A stretch of DNA of 64,000 nucleotides from Schmidtea polychroa. Its lineage: Eukaryota. Positions 26,001 through 39,705 of this stretch are shown here, piece after piece (positions within the stretch are counted from its first letter, which is position 1; each line of letters begins with the position of its first letter). Position numbers and translations under genes: made by a program. The stretch is from assembly GCA_044892525.1 (NCBI GenBank), contig CM097888.1, positions 2,914,001 to 2,978,000 of the forward strand, written 5' to 3'. The notes under the pieces are model-generated. The model worked only from the letters and a program-made list of their open reading frames with translations, was not told the origin of the DNA and did not search any database.

Positions 26001-28938
26001 GAACTTCGAAGTTTTTTATGGGTAACATTTAAGCATTGTTTAGCGATCTTTGATTTCAAAACTTTCACAAGTTTTTTCAATTATGTAATCAAATAATGTT
26101 ATCTTCTTTCTTGACTTCTTCCTAACATTACCTTTAAATTTTGCCAATATATTCCCCATAGCCTCTATTGAAATACATTTCCATCCCAAATCTTGTAAAT
26201 CTCTTCCAACCAAAGTTACTGATTAAAAAACTTCGTAATAAGCCAAAACATTCCAACATTAAAATATTAAATTTCAATTTCAAAATGTTATATCGATTAT
26301 AATAAATCATTAATAATTAATAATTAATAATAAATCATTGGAAATAATAATATAACATTGTGGATATTATAATAATAAAAGCAAGCGGATTTATGGGAAA
26401 AGCAGAAATAAATATTTCAATTGATTCTTACAATGAAAATGTGGCCTTGCATAAGCTTTCCTTCGAGATTCATAAGGAGGCTTTCAAGCGGAGGAATCTT
26501 GTCCTTTGCCAGCCCATATGTTTCAGGATCATGCTTAGCAGAGGTCAGAATCCTATTATGCTCGTTTAAATCCACTTTCTACTCACAATAATACTTTTTA
26601 TATGCCTCCCAGTCGTCCATGAAATTGCCAGCTGCGGTGAACAATTCATCAAATGTGATGAGATGACACAGTAAGTGAGCAATGGATGTATACAACTCCT
26701 AGAGAATCGCGCACAATAATCATTTATTTATCAGTAGCAACTGTGTTAACCTCGAAATGGATGTTCACAACATCACTCAAATAGGATTCGTCGCTAAAAT
26801 TGAGAATGGATTAATAGACAAATAAACATTGGTAATAAGGTGATTAAATATTCGGGTAGTGAAAGAGCACCTGGGTAACCCTAGGATATCAGGAATCCCG
26901 CTCCCAAGTAGAGCAAAAGCTAAGCGGGCATAATCAATATTGACATTAAAAGAGAAACGAGGATAAAATTAAGATTATGAAACTCGTAGTGTGAAAATAT
27001 TTAACCACCTTAATATTGACAATTCCATTAAATGAGGTAAACTTACTTGGCTTTCGAATATAGTCCGGCCATTTGCTGAATGGCATGCTTGACCACGTCG
27101 TAGATACGGTTAACGAAGCACATGATACCCTGTGTATAAATGGAGTGTATATATGGATTATGGTGATGATTATTGAGTATTGGTTATTACTATTGATTAT
27201 CATTAGTGATAATTATTGATTATTATTATTGATTATTAAATAAAAATTATTAATAACAATAAATAATAAATNNNNNNNNNNNNNNNNNNNNNNNNNNNNN
27301 NNNNNNNNNNNNNNNNNNNNNNNNNNNNNNNNNNNNNNNNNNNNNNNNNNNNNNNNNNNNNNNNNNNNNNNNNNNNNNNNNNNNNNNNNNNNNNNNNNNN
27401 NNNNNNNNNNNNNNNNNNNNNNNNNNNNNNNNNNNNNNNNNNNNNNNNNNNNNNNNNNNNNNNNNNNNNNNNNNNNNNNNNNNNNNNNNNNNNNNNNNNN
27501 NNNNNNNNNNNNNNNNNNNNNNNNNNNNNNNNNNNNNNNNNNNNNNNNNNNNNNNNNNNNNNNNNNNNNNNNNNNNNNNNNNNNNNNNNNNNNNNNNNNN
27601 NNNNNNNNNNNNNNNNNNNNNNNNNNNNNNNNNNNNNNNNNNNNNNNNNNNNNNNNNNNNNNNNNNNNNNNNNNNNNNNNNNNNNNNNNNNNNNNNNNNN
27701 NNNNNNNNNNNNNNNNNNNNNNNNNNNNNNNNNNNNNNNNNNNNNNNNNNNNNNNNNNNNNNNNNNNNNNNNNNNNNNNNNNNNNNNNNNNNNNNNNNNN
27801 NNNNNNNNNNNNNNNNNNNNNNNNNNNNNNNNNNNNNNNNNNNNNNNNNNNNNNNNNNNNNNNNNNNNNNNNNNNNNNNNNNNNNNNNNNNNNNNNNNNN
27901 NNNNNNNNNNNNNNNNNNNNNNNNNNNNNNNNNNNNNNNNNNNNNNNNNNNNNNNNNNNNNNNNNNNNNNNNNNNNNNNNNNNNNNNNNNNNNNNNNNNN
28001 NNNNNNNNNNNNNNNNNNNNNNNNNNNNNNNNNNNNNNNNNNNNNNNNNNNNNNNNNNNNNNNNNNNNNNNNNNNNNNNNNNNNNNNNNNNNNNNNNNNN
28101 NNNNNNNNNNNNNNNNNNNNNNNNNNNNNNNNNNNNTCATATTAACCATCAAATTGTAAACAAACCCTTGGCAAGGGCTTACCGAAATATCTTGTACATT
28201 TTACATTGCCTTAATCTTAGTAATATTAATATGAAATTTAAATTATATTTTATTATTAAATAATAGCATAATAAAAATAATAATAAAAATAATATAAAAT
28301 TTTAGAAAATATTAGAGAAAATGTATAAAAATTGTTGCAAAATAAACAATTAATATTTCCTAATTAATATCATTGATAAATTGATAAAAATGAAAGCTAG
28401 GTGTTGGATATATATTCACCTGTAAAGTTGGTAAAAAGCGTCCCATTTCTACGGGAATTTTCAGCTTCTCATCAGTGTTGTGATCTGTAAATATAAGATC
28501 CTGTCAAAGCTATCAAATTCTCATTACGGCATCTTACTAAATCCTTCTCCGTAAAATGACAGCGCTGGAATAAATTTATTTCGGGCTTCGTTAGATAAAT
28601 TATTCATTTCTGTGCAAATTGTCGCCAAAGTTACAACAATTTTATTAAGAATTTTATTATCCGAATTTACTAAAGCTAGATATGTGGTTGATTCATAATG
28701 TCTACATGTCAATTCAAAAGGATCAAAGAAACAATCAATATTTGTAGTTCCGTAACCTTCCATAACATCGACTTGTAGATCTAAATGCTGAGAAAGTTCA
28801 GTTAAAAACTGCTCATATCTTTTTATAACATTTTCTTCAGCACTTTCTGAAAAAAATATTTATAACCAAATGGTTATTTACAAATTAATTACTGTAAGAT
28901 CCATCATGGAATCTATCAAACTTCCAGTCAGACTCCAT
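13113..28938 (-). CDS. WASHC4: WASH complex subunit 4 (SWIP/KIAA1033), 23 coding exons, ~1195 aa
   Basis: Hand-spliced GT-AG exons, all phase-consistent: 28893-28938, 28538-28846, 28420-28484, 27047-27129, 26751-26793, 26595-26698, 26432-26552, 25075-25332, 24728-25029, 23895-24108, 23690-23842, 22306-22385, 22152-22260, 18390-18765, 17913-18343, 17506-17550, 17348-17456, 17142-17298, 17032-17095, 16135-16218, 15981-16077, 13408-13502, 13113-13355 (3588 nt). Collinear with human WASHC4 as recalled: [67 protein letters not shown]. Confidence 0.96.
15077..15136. repeat. (AAT)n microsatellite adjacent to a gap
   Basis: Pure aat run. Confidence 0.9.
15211..15552. other. Assembly gap (N run)
   Basis: N characters. 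Confidence 1.
16535..16842. repeat. 8-bp tandem satellite (GATATAAT/GATATATT variants) in a WASHC4 intron
   Basis: About 300 bp of interspersed gatataat and gatatatt units. Confidence 0.95.
17570..17910. repeat. AAT-rich low-complexity intron
   Basis: Degenerate (AAT)n filling WASHC4 intron 15. Confidence 0.85.
20843..21469 (+). pseudogene. RACK1: Chimeric, internally deleted RACK1-derived reading frame nested antisense in WASHC4 intron 13
   Basis: One frame from ATG 20843 with a single internal TAA (20915). [48 protein letters not shown] and [35 protein letters not shown] match RACK1 WD1, WD2 and WD5/6; the intervening blades are missing. Confidence 0.8.
22563..22992. other. Assembly gap (N run)
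   Basis: N characters. Confidence 1.
23008..23270. repeat. (AAT)n microsatellite and degenerate AAT tract
   Basis: Visible aat repeats next to the gap. Confidence 0.85.
23517..23577 (+). mobile_element. Putative minimal Helitron-like element
   Basis: A^TC start, AACCCC..GGGGTT inverted repeat, GC-rich hairpin GGGGC-AGA-GCCCC, terminal CTAG^T. It forms a GC-rich island in an AT-rich intron. Confidence 0.45.
27272..28136. other. Assembly gap (N run)
   Basis: N characters. Confidence 1.
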
Positions 28939-31229
28939 AAAATTCCGAAATAAAATAAAATTTAAAAATCCAAGTTATATTTTATCAAATGTCATATATT
29001 TAAACAATTAAGGTTAATTCAAATTTAACATTTAGTAAAATTTATTAAACAAAAAATTACTTTATAATATAGTTTTCAGAGTTGTGTAAAATTATGAGAA
29101 ATTAAATGAAATTTGGTAAAAATTTTTTTTTATAAACAATATAGTTTAAATTTATTAGTAATATTTAGGAAAAGTATAAAGCGAATTGTATAAAGCGAAT
29201 GGATCCTTTTTAAATCTTTTTTATCTAGCTGCTAACACTACATCATTAATGAAGCAGATTTTGGGTTATTAAATAATTTCGGTACAAAAAAATTATAATG
29301 ATAGTTTATAATTAAAATGACTAGATCCAACACAAATAAGTTTTATCTACAATACATAAATTTCAAAGATTCGCTAGTTCAACTCTCAGGAATTATTTAT
29401 TCAGTTTGATTCTGTTTTCATTACATTAACAATAATAGTTTGAACTAGAGGTTAATATTTCCAATGAAAATCTTTACAGGAACATTTTATCAATTTAGAA
29501 TTATTATACATGCGTACTATGTTTGCTACTTGTTCATTACCTTTACTTTATAGGTATTGGTCCTTTGAATTTTATTTGCACTAATTTGTGTAAATTCAAA
29601 GGAAAAGGAGACAATTTTAGTTTATGAACTTTTACTTTTCTAAAATATCTTATCTATTTTTGAAAGCACATTCTTTCTTCAATTGTTTTTACTAGGTTTC
29701 CTAATATTACTTTTAACTGCGATAAGAGTAACACAAGTTTTAAGCAAATTAAGTTCAAAAGGACATGTTTCACTGAAATCTTTATTTACTTAAGTTTTTC
29801 TTTACTCAATATAACACGTCCTTTTCATCGTTTTTGCTTGCATTTATTCTTTTTTAATTAAATTCTTTTACAATTATAGGTATGTTTATTGAAGATTAAC
29901 CGCAGTTAAAGTTGGGTGGCATAAACTGTGTATTGATAAATTCAAATTCAAAAAACTCAAAAGAATAGCAGGTAAATATCAAAAATTTAAATTAATAGTA
30001 AAGTAAATTAAAAAAAATTAAAATCAAAAATATATTTTTTGAGGGAGATATAAATGCGTATCAAATATAAAATCAAAGATGAAATAAATGAAGATGAAAA
30101 ATTAAAAATTATTAATTTATTAACTAATTAGTAATTAATTCACTTGAAAAAGGCAGTGCCGAAAATTCGTGAGTATCAAAAAACATCGATATATTACTGA
30201 TTTATAGTGTTCAAGCTCTCTTTTTAATAAATTTAATTAGTAACTATTTAATATTTTTCTAAACGATATAAAATCAAGATGATAATTAAACGATGATAAT
30301 AGTTTTGGATTAATAGCTTCCTGGGTTACCTTGGGTATATATAAATTTAGTCACTTTTCACAACAAAAGGAGACCAAATTTCTCTTTTAATCTTAAAAAG
30401 CCAATGAGGACTCAGTATGGTTTCAATAACTCATTTTGATTATTTGAATCGCATGTGAGCAAATTGCATTTAATTTCCGCCGTCGCTTTAATCACACTTT
30501 TTTATTTTTATCGGTTTACATCATCTGAGTGTAACTTCAGTTTAGGTGGCATAAATTTTGAAAGAGATTGACTAATATTATTGTGATCGCTTCCTGCCAT
30601 TTGAAATTGGCAATTATAATTTCCAGCTCTTTTGAATAGATACGGCGATTTACGATTGTAAAATTTAGTGTTCTATTTTTGGTCATACTTTTGTCTTTGG
30701 TCTTGAAAAAGAAGCATATTTTCATCTTCGATTTCACCAGAGAAAAATTGTTCAGAGAAAAATTCAAGTTCTCTAATGTTGTCGAAATTCTCGATGTAAT
30801 TGTTCCACTTCAGTTTTTCGATTAAATTGATAGCCGTGTAACAGAAACAACAAAATTAAAATATTTCAATGGCTTGACCAAAATGGTTTAAATATAGGGT
30901 CCAGCAAAAAAAACTTCGTTTTTACTAGACAGAAAATATCTGAAGATCAAGATTTTAACCTTCTTAGGTAGATCTTTCTAGGTTAAATTTTCTAAGACAG
31001 ATCCTTAGCAAGATTAGAAAGTTTAAGATTTAAATTAAAACAAATATCTTAGATTTGGCTAATTGATTTAGCATAAAAGATTTAAGTTTTAATAAATCAA
31101 TTAGACTTGGTTACCTGATATAGCCTGAAAGGCGAAAGCAAAGCAATGTGACATATATCTCTTTGTTGCTACTTTAATTAAATAACTACCAAATTCTACT
31201 ACTTTCCTGTCGAAAGTTGAAGTGCAGAG

Positions 31230-32060
31230 AACGTCGTTAGCCTTTGGAGAGTACAGCAGATTTCTACAAAGTTTGCAAAAGAACAGCGAATACTTTTTGA
31301 GCAAAAAGTAGGTTCAGAAAGACCAAGAACAAGCACTGCAGAAAAGAATATCATAATTGTGCGTGAAATGATTGAATAAATTTTCCATTTAAGCTGTCCA
31401 GCCATTTCAAGAGTCACATACATTTAAGAAACGAGTGTTCTCCGCATATTGAAACAAGAACCTGGATAGAAGTCACTTTGCAGCAGATGGGTTCTCACAT
31501 TTTGACTGATAATAACAAGAGAATCCAACTCACTTGTAGTCAAGGAATGTTGAATGTTTATTCGCAAGAAGGGCTAAGGATAAGATCACTGTAATCGATG
31601 AAATATGAATTTATTACCTTCAAATGAATGCAACCCTGTTTGGGTGGATGGTATGGGTGATCGACGAACTATTGCTAGAGGAAAATATCTGATCGCAAAG
31701 TTCTGATTATCGTTGCCAGCAACTATGCTAAATCACTCTCGTATATCGACGATGAATCTATCAATTCTGAGAGATACCTATAACTTCTGCAGAATATGAT
31801 TTCAAACTTTCAAAAATACTACCTGCTTGGGAAACGGTCATTTCACGTAGCCAAATTGATTCGGCTTTGGCTTGAAGAACACCGTGTGTCTCTATTAAAG
31901 CAATCGACCTACTCACTCGACACAAACCTAATGGATCGCTTTATCTTCAAGAATTACGAGTGCTTTTGACGTAGAAAAAACTTCATTTATTTTGGAGAGG
32001 TGAGCAATAATTTTCCCAGATATTTGGAGACAACTTTGGAGGTGAAGGTCAAAAGCGAGT
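31230..32060 (+). pseudogene. Mariner (Tc1/mariner) transposase relic
   Basis: Frameshifted translation: SERPRTSTAEKNIIIVREMIE (HTH, cf. SGRP), SVLRILKQE, HILTDNNK, ITVIDEI*IYY (cf. VTGDETWIYY), INSERY. Confidence 0.75.
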
Positions 32061-32675
32061 TTCAAAATTTTACATGTCATCTCCAGAGTATCATTGAAGC
32101 TTATGGAGACTAGTTCGAGGCTCTGATATAGTTTACACTTTCAGTATACTTGAACATGCGTTTTTCACAAATAAATCTTTGAATTGAATTTTTTTAAGAT
32201 TTTGATAAGATTTCATCAACGTAGGAAAACGAAAATTTTTTTGCCGGCTCCCAATGAATATACTGTCTATTGTAAGTCAAGGAAAGGTCAAAACATTCAT
32301 AATTCTACAACAACAAAGAATACATTTTGTACATGATTAATGATAAAAGGGCATTGAATAAACTTTGAATAAATTACTGAAATTCACCTTGTTTTAAATT
32401 TTTATGAATTTCTTAATTATTTTTTAAAATTATTTTTAAAATTTACTGATAAATAAAAACCCTTGAATTAGTTCTATAGCATTTGCCAACTCAGAATTCA
32501 TTTATCTTTAAACTAAATTTCAAACTTGAAAATTTTAAAATCGTAATCCCTTTATACAAATTGAATAATAACTTTTTAATAATTTTAAATTACTCAATTT
32601 TTAAATATTAAATTTCACTTTTTTAAAATAAAATTGTTTCTTTATTACTATTTTTTGGAGACAATTTCAACGGAA

Positions 32676-33454
32676 ATGAAAACAAAAAGTTGGGATAAAT
32701 TTTTTAACCTTATTTTATTAATTTTGTTTTAATTGATCATAGCGTCAAAATTCAAAATTTCTCGACTTTTGAAAACAATTAAGAAAAATTTGAAATTGAA
32801 AACTGTTAAAAAGAAAATTGAAAGCGAATTTTGTCCAGAATTTGAAAAAGTTATTTTGCGAACCGACCAAGAGTATTCAGATTCATGCTCAGACTTGACC
32901 TCTGAATCTGAATACTCTGAATCCGAATCAGACTCAGAAATCTCAGAACATGAAGAGGAAGAAAATGAAGACTTAATCTTAGAAGACTTAAATCATTTCA
33001 TAAGTATTTCTTAAGGGTTAATTGATGACTTTTATGTTGTTCTCAGATTCTGACATCAATCAAGTTGACATGGACACCATACTCAACAATCAGCTCCCCC
33101 AGGAAGACTTATTCAATTTCACAAGTAATTATGATAAGGTGTAAAATAATCTTAATATTCTTCTTAGATCCTAATATCCCTGGCCAGAATATGTTTAATA
33201 TTGCACAGATTTCTTTTCCAAACAATTCTGGTTCATTTTATTCAGGTCAGCATCATTGTTCCTATGATAACAAGCAATGGGAAATGAATTATCTCACCTC
33301 TGACCCGTTTGATTTCACTGCACCAAAAGGTTGAATTTGTCCATAAAAAAATATTTAAATTCTTTTAGATCCCAATTTCGACCGCAATACTCAGTCGCTA
33401 GTTTCAGAAGTCTATAGCAATAACTATGGCAATGATATTGCTATGCAGAGTTAA
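32676..33454 (+). CDS. Predicted 5-exon orphan gene, 199 aa, Lys-rich N-terminus with an acidic Ser/Glu/Asp tract
   Basis: Exons 32676-32688, 32743-33003, 33047-33124, 33168-33329, 33369-33454. Four GT-AG introns of 54, 43, 43 and 39 nt, all phase 1, give an open frame to TAA. Confidence 0.7.
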
Positions 33455-34836
33455 TAAATCAGAATTATATAAAAATAACCTAACGGTTGCACTCAAGTTT
33501 TCATTTTGAATCTCAATGTATTGCTTTTATTTATTCAATAAATATTTTTTATTTAATTTTCATTTGTCAATATTTTCAAGGTCATTTTTATATTTTTTAT
33601 GTATATCAATAAATTTTGAATTGATAGCGTTATTTTAATTGGTTATTTCATGTAATTATTATACTTAATCAATTGATTATTCTCAATAACAAATGGATAC
33701 TTTGGCGCACTTGGGCAGTAAATGAAAATAACAGAAAAATCTGTATATGTGCATTTTGTATAGTACACCAAACACCACTGAGAACCGTTTCCTATAATAT
33801 AACAAAAAAAATCAATAATATTACATTATAGAAACATACACACTTACTTTGATTTCACGTTGATGTTCTCATTTATAGCTCAGTGAGATACATCTTATAA
33901 TATAGAAATCTGAAAGGTGGAAGGAAAATTAAAAACTGCACACAAACGCAACACATACTAAAAACACATACAAACTTGATTCGTAGAAATGAAACGATGA
34001 GATACGTTTGTATAATAATTTTATTTTAGACAATTTTTAGAAAAAAAAATCGTTGAAAATTTTTAAAATTATATGGTCAATCCTGATGTCCAATGAGTCG
34101 CGTCTGTGGCCACGTAGGCGAGAGGCGATGTTTTTGTGAATTGTCAAATTTGACATTTTTATTTTATTTTTCTGCAAGTTTTAGAGATTTTGTTTAGTTG
34201 AGATTTTTTATGCAAGTTTTTAAAAATGAAAAATTTAATTCAACATATGAATATGCAATCGATGGCGTGGGTCATGCTGGTACTTATTTCGGAATGGTTA
34301 CAAAGGACAATAAAACAATCGTCTCTGAAAAGGTTTAAAAGTTAATGAAGATGTTTCATGTGGATTGGCTGGAATTATGTCATATGCTAATATATGTATA
34401 TACATATGTTAAATCAGGTGATATGACCAACGTCATCTGCTCACTTTGTAAGCTTCAATTCCAGCTGATCAATTAGCTACAAAGATGTATGATTTAATAC
34501 TATGTACGGTGATCGTTGAATTAGAAACATTTGATAAAGGTAAAGCCTGAAAATTTGAGACATAAAAAATAGCATAAAATTCATACTAGTCCATTAAAAA
34601 AGGTCACCAAAACGTTACGTACCGTAAAATTTGTGTTTAATATAATAGGGGACCCCTTTTATTTATATCACTGAACTCATAAATGTTAAACTCTAAAATA
34701 AGTCAACAACCCTTTATTTGGCCACAAATCTCGACCTTTACAAAGTTATCCTCTTACAAACAATAATTTAGATAAACATAAAGCAAAAAAATGGTAAATT
34801 AAAATTATATTATAAAACATTTCGGTGGCAATTTGG

Positions 34837-35404
34837 TCAATTCTGCTCACTGAGCCATTTGGATACTTTGTGGAATATTTTCTTTTGGTAATCGCTTTCA
34901 TTCAGATCCGTTATATGATTTTCAATTTCTGGAAATAAAAAGGGCTCTTCGAAAGGCATTTTCGTAACCTGTGGCTCATCGAAAATTTGTTCATCAATGT
35001 TGTAAAATAAAAGGTTTTCCTCGTGTCCCAGCGATTTATCGAGACCGGAACTCTGTCCAATTTGATGATTCAATGAATGATTGAAATTATTTCCTTTCTC
35101 AAATTTAAAATTTTCCAGCTTTCCTTTCGACAAATCGGCATGGAAAACCTTTACATGGTATTCATAAGTTGGGGTCTCTGAAGCACCTATTGGTTCATAT
35201 ATATGAGGGTACAGATCGAAATCTATCGGCTTGTTTAGGACACATTTTAAATGTTTATTTTTGAATTTTAACTTTTTATCTATTCAAAAACAATCAAATC
35301 CATCAATTAAATTCATAAAAAACAATCTTACTGCTTTGTTTATTCGCATTAAATGTAATAATTTCCTTATGGAGTTTTTTCAAATTGTTTTTTATAAATT
35401 CCAT
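34837..35404 (-). CDS. Predicted 2-exon orphan gene, 171 aa, basic N-terminus and acidic Phe-rich C-terminus
   Basis: Exons 35332-35404 and 34837-35279 separated by a 52-nt GTAAG...TAG intron. The spliced frame MEFIKNNLKK...KWLSEQN* is open. Confidence 0.6.
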
Positions 35405-35986
35405 TTTGACTAAATAGAGGTAACAATTGAAGGTTTTTTATATACTTTATAATGGGTATTATTTAATTTGATATACATATTATTATATGGGTGAGTTACT
35501 ATGGCTTTATTGTCCTTCCCTTGCGTGGTTACGTAACAAGAGATTAATTTATATGCTTATTATTAAACAAGTTTTATATTATTTTTAAAGATTATTTTAT
35601 TCAAAAAATATGCCCGTTGTTAGCAACTAAGATAAAATGAGACAATAAATAAGGTCAACTGCAATATCAGTAAATAAAGTTTTCAACAAAAACAATTTGC
35701 AAAATATGAAAATAAGAAAATATAGGACAATAAAGGTTGGATGAGGAAAAACATATAAACATGCCATATCAACAGCACGGGAACCGATAATAAAAAACAC
35801 ACATAGAACAATGACCAAGATAAATAAGCCTGAAATGCCCCTCATATCTTAAAAGATACAACGGTTAACATTTATATTTCTATGTAAATATTCAAAATTT
35901 ACTGCACAAACCAACTTTATTCTATTTTGAAATGTCATATATGATGTAATCGTGGATTTAGTATTCGAAGAAATTAAGGTTTAAAC

Positions 35987-36364
35987 CAGAGATGAGCAAC
36001 TCGCGGCCCGCCGCTTTTTTTGTTTATATTAAAAAAATAGTGATTATTTTTACACAGATAAAATTTAATTGTAATTTTTATAATTGTTTCATAATAAATA
36101 CTTTAAAGCTTGTTTTTTTACTATATTACATTTTCAAAGAGTTTACTTTGTTTTTACCATTTAGTTTTATGTAAATATAAGCATATTTATAATATATATT
36201 TATAATAAGCAGAGGCATAAATAAGAATTTAAAAAACGAAAATCTATCAAATGGCGTTCATTTTTTCTAAAATATATAAATGACTTAGATTCTGATAAGT
36301 GGCTCGCGGAGTTATGAAGCCTTTCCAAAGTGGCCCGCAAGATTATTTGGGTTGACCAACTCTG
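35987..36364. mobile_element. hAT (Charlie/Buster-type) MITE
   Basis: TIR CAGAGATGAGCAAC / rc CAGAGTTGGTCAAC; TSD gtttaaac/gtttaaag with central TA. Confidence 0.8.
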
Positions 36365-36899
36365 GTTTAAAGTCTACATTCTAATTTTTAAATTGGGTAT
36401 TCTTGGGTAGTCTTGGGTATTTAAGGGTAAGGGGAGGCGTTGAGTCAAACAAAAATATAACATTTATTAATGGGGAAATGTAAGTATACAACGCCGAAGC
36501 AAGATTGTGAATTCTTCTGTTATGGAAATAGAATCTTTAAGAATAACTGTTGAATCGTCGGTTCATAAACGGAAACCTGATGACGCTGGAGAAAAGATAA
36601 AGACATACCCTGCTTGAGAAAAACTTATATATGAAATCAATATTTTTACAAAGCTTTTGAAATATATGTAAATATATATTCTTTCTGTGATGGGCTCAGT
36701 GGTGCTACTGAAACATTGTTAGTCTCCAAAGATAATTTCCAAGGGTTTCAAATATGAATGACTTAAGAACATTTTGTTCTTGAAATGGGGGTTAAACGAT
36801 TGAACGTGAATATACAGTCATAATAATTTGTGAAAAACTTAACATTTTTCCCCATAGTTTCACAGCATTAATAAATGAAAAAACTTTTCAAAAAAATTA

Positions 36900-38492
36900 T
36901 TGCTTCATGATATTCTTTGCTTTCTTAATTTCCTAAATAGAAGTATCATGACCATTTACATTTATTGGGTAGTCAATAAGCTGCTCTTCTTCTTTCGTGG
37001 AAAATTCAAGACATTCGTTTGTTCCAAATGGATTCAAAATCCACTGATAAAGGTTGACGTTTAAGGAGGGGAAATAATTGTCGAGTGCTTTCCATGGTTT
37101 GGAGAGCAAGCTCGGAAATGTCATCCTTATTAGCGAATTTATCAACGGTGGGAAGAAAATCAAAGCTTTTTTCCTTAATTTTTCTGATGTACAAGTGAAG
37201 TTTTTCTTTGAATGAAAGAAGCTTTGATGTTGTCGTCATAATATTTTCAGCTGATTCCTGAAGACTCTTATTAAGAACATTGAGTCTGGTTGAAAAGATC
37301 TTTAAGAAAGAAATGATACCTTCAACCACCAGTCACTGTCTCGAAAATCAAAATCGAGTGTGATATCCTCAACTTCAAGAAATGAAATTATTTCAGTTTT
37401 GAGATGTACAACACGCTCAAGAACTTTTCATTTGGACAGCCATCAAACTTCTGTGTGGTAGAGCAGAGTTTTGAAATCAGAATCCATCGCATTGCCAAGA
37501 AGGCCGAAAATTCTGGAATTCAAAGGCTTTGACTATATAATGTTGACGATCGAGACGACTTGATTCATTACAATAAGAAGCTGCAAAGGAATAGACTTTG
37601 AAACTAAAGTTTCTCGGTGAATCATACAGTGTGTGATGGTGACTGATGGGCTAACAAGACGAACCAAGGCCGCGAGTCCTTTCAATTTTCATTGCATACT
37701 CGGAGTGTCGTCTGTACAAACTCCGACGCATTTCTGTTATTGAAGTTGATATTATTTTACATTGTGATCGATCAAGTTGAAAATATCTCTGCCTGTGGTC
37801 GATTCAACTGCTGGCAAAACAAATATTGTATCATTACTTCTGTACTGTGAACGAATCTGATTAATGTAATGAGCTGTGTTTTTCCGCTAATGTCGGTTGT
37901 TTCGTCAGCTTGCAGCGACCAACATTTGGAAAATTCCTCCTCCGAGCTCTGAAAATTCTCGATGATTTGAGATTCAATATCGTTTGATAGGTCTTGAATC
38001 CTTCTTGAAATTCTGTTTTGCTGACAATGGCACATTCTTCAATTTCTTAGCAGCTTCACATCCAGGATTGAGCTAACAATAATCGAAACTGCAGAAACAA
38101 TAACACTTTTAGCTTTTGTGTGTGATTTTTTTTCGCGAGTAAATAAGCTACTTGGAAGCTTGCAATCTGAGCCTTTCAGGAATCTTGCAGAAATTTTTCA
38201 TCTTAAATGCTTGTTTTTCGCTTTGTGTTCGCAGAGTTTCAAAATATAGTTTTGATTTATAAGAGAACCTGGGATGCTTAGTTTCCTTGTAACTAATCAA
38301 TTTATTGGGAACCATTGACGCATTTGACTATGTCTCATTACACACCAGACAAAGGGGAAACTTCTGTCCATTTTTCTCAATCGCAGTGAATCCAAATTCG
38401 ATGAAGTCTTTAGCATATTTTCTTTTCTTTCCGATTTTTTTGGTCACAGAATTTGGTGCTTTAACTGATTTATTCAATAAAATTTTATCCAT
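36900..38492 (-). pseudogene. Near full-length but disrupted Buster/ZBED5/FAM200-like hAT transposase
   Basis: KRKYAKDFIEFGFT...PLCLVC (BED finger), NRISRRIQDLSNDIE, SLQADETTDIS, QYLFCQ, ITHCMIHRE, WLSK, FSTRLNVLNKSLQ. Several stops and frameshifts. Confidence 0.85.
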
Positions 38493-39202
38493 CCTAATAT
38501 AAAATAAACTCGATTATATTATTGTTTACAATTTATCGAAAAAAACTTACTTAAAACTCTGTGTAATCAATATCCCCAGATTGAGCAACATCTCGCCTTG
38601 CACATTTAATTTTTGGTATTTCAGTAAATTCCTTTTTTTCGCCAGTCTCGAACAAGCATCTCTTTGACGTTATTTTCTCTGGCAGCTTTTGAGTTGCCAT
38701 TAATCTCATCGAATTCCACCACTCGTAATTTAAATCCAGCTTCATAAGAATTCGGACCTCGTTTCATTTTTGCACTGCTCTGCACTAGCTTGTTCAGTTT
38801 TTGATAAAATCAATCTGATTGGAAATAATATGTTGTCAAGTTTATTATTTGTCCGTTAATGATGCTTGAAAATATTTTTGAATAAATTACAATTTTATTA
38901 AGAATTTTAATTTATTTAATTGATTATTTAATAAAATAATTATTGAATAATTAAAAAATTAACATTACAAATTATAACCAATTTAATAATTTCGTTAAAA
39001 ATTAATTTGTACTTTTTTGACCCGCGTATAAGTCAAAGTGGCAATTTTGAATTGAAAAATTATCTTTACATATTTTGTCATGCCCTTTACCTTAATTCCC
39101 AAACTCCCAAAGCTCCTTATATTTTCAGTTAAATTAAAAATTCCAACAAATCATAACACAATAATATCTATTAATGTCATTGTTAGATATAATTCTCATC
39201 AA

Positions 39203-39354
39203 TTCCCATGGTGAAATATCCAGCATCAACCTATGAATGAGGTGTCACGCAAATTTGGTCGCATTCCTGATGACATTTCCCATAGTGAATTGTCCAGCAT
39301 CAACCTATGAATGGGGGGTCACGCAAACTGGGTCGCATTCTTGATGACATTTCC
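39203..39354. repeat. Two tandem copies of a ~74-bp unit
   Basis: TTCCCAT(G/A)GTGAA..TCCAGCATCAACCTATGAATG..GTCACGCAAA..GGTCGCATTC.TGATGACATTTCC starts at 39203 and 39277. Confidence 0.85.
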
Positions 39355-39589
39355 AGCAAATTGCTTTGTTTTCCTCTAGAGCTTATAAAATCTTTTTTGT
39401 TATCATTTCGTTTGGAAGTAACAATAAAAGTGAAGGGAAAAGAATCCAACCTAAAATGTGTCAAGAGAAATAATTGTTTTAATGAAAATTTATCCTTGAA
39501 CTACATTAAAATTTTAATTTTAATTATTATTTTCAAAAGTATTCAAATAAAATAATTTATCACTCTTAAGGAACATTTATATAGAAGTC

Positions 39590-39705
39590 ATGATATATAG
39601 GTCCCCTAAAGATTGACCTGCATTAATGGGTGCCCAGTCTCCCGTCATTGATTCATCACCGTGACATGATATATGAGTCCCCTAAAGATTGACCTGCATT
39701 AAATG
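39590..39705. repeat. ~38-bp direct repeat
   Basis: CATGATATAT..GTCCCCTAAAGATTGACCTGCATTAA occurs twice. Confidence 0.8.

Noticed and set aside
6778-28152. ORFs made largely of X (6778-7094, 15169-15628, 22459-23058, 27250-28152)
   Set aside because: Artefacts of translating N gaps and adjacent AAT repeats.
35627-35845. Small secreted peptide gene (MRGISGLFILVIVLCVFFIIGSRA)
   Set aside because: Hydrophobicity is explained by T-rich sequence, and no convincing spliced continuation was found.
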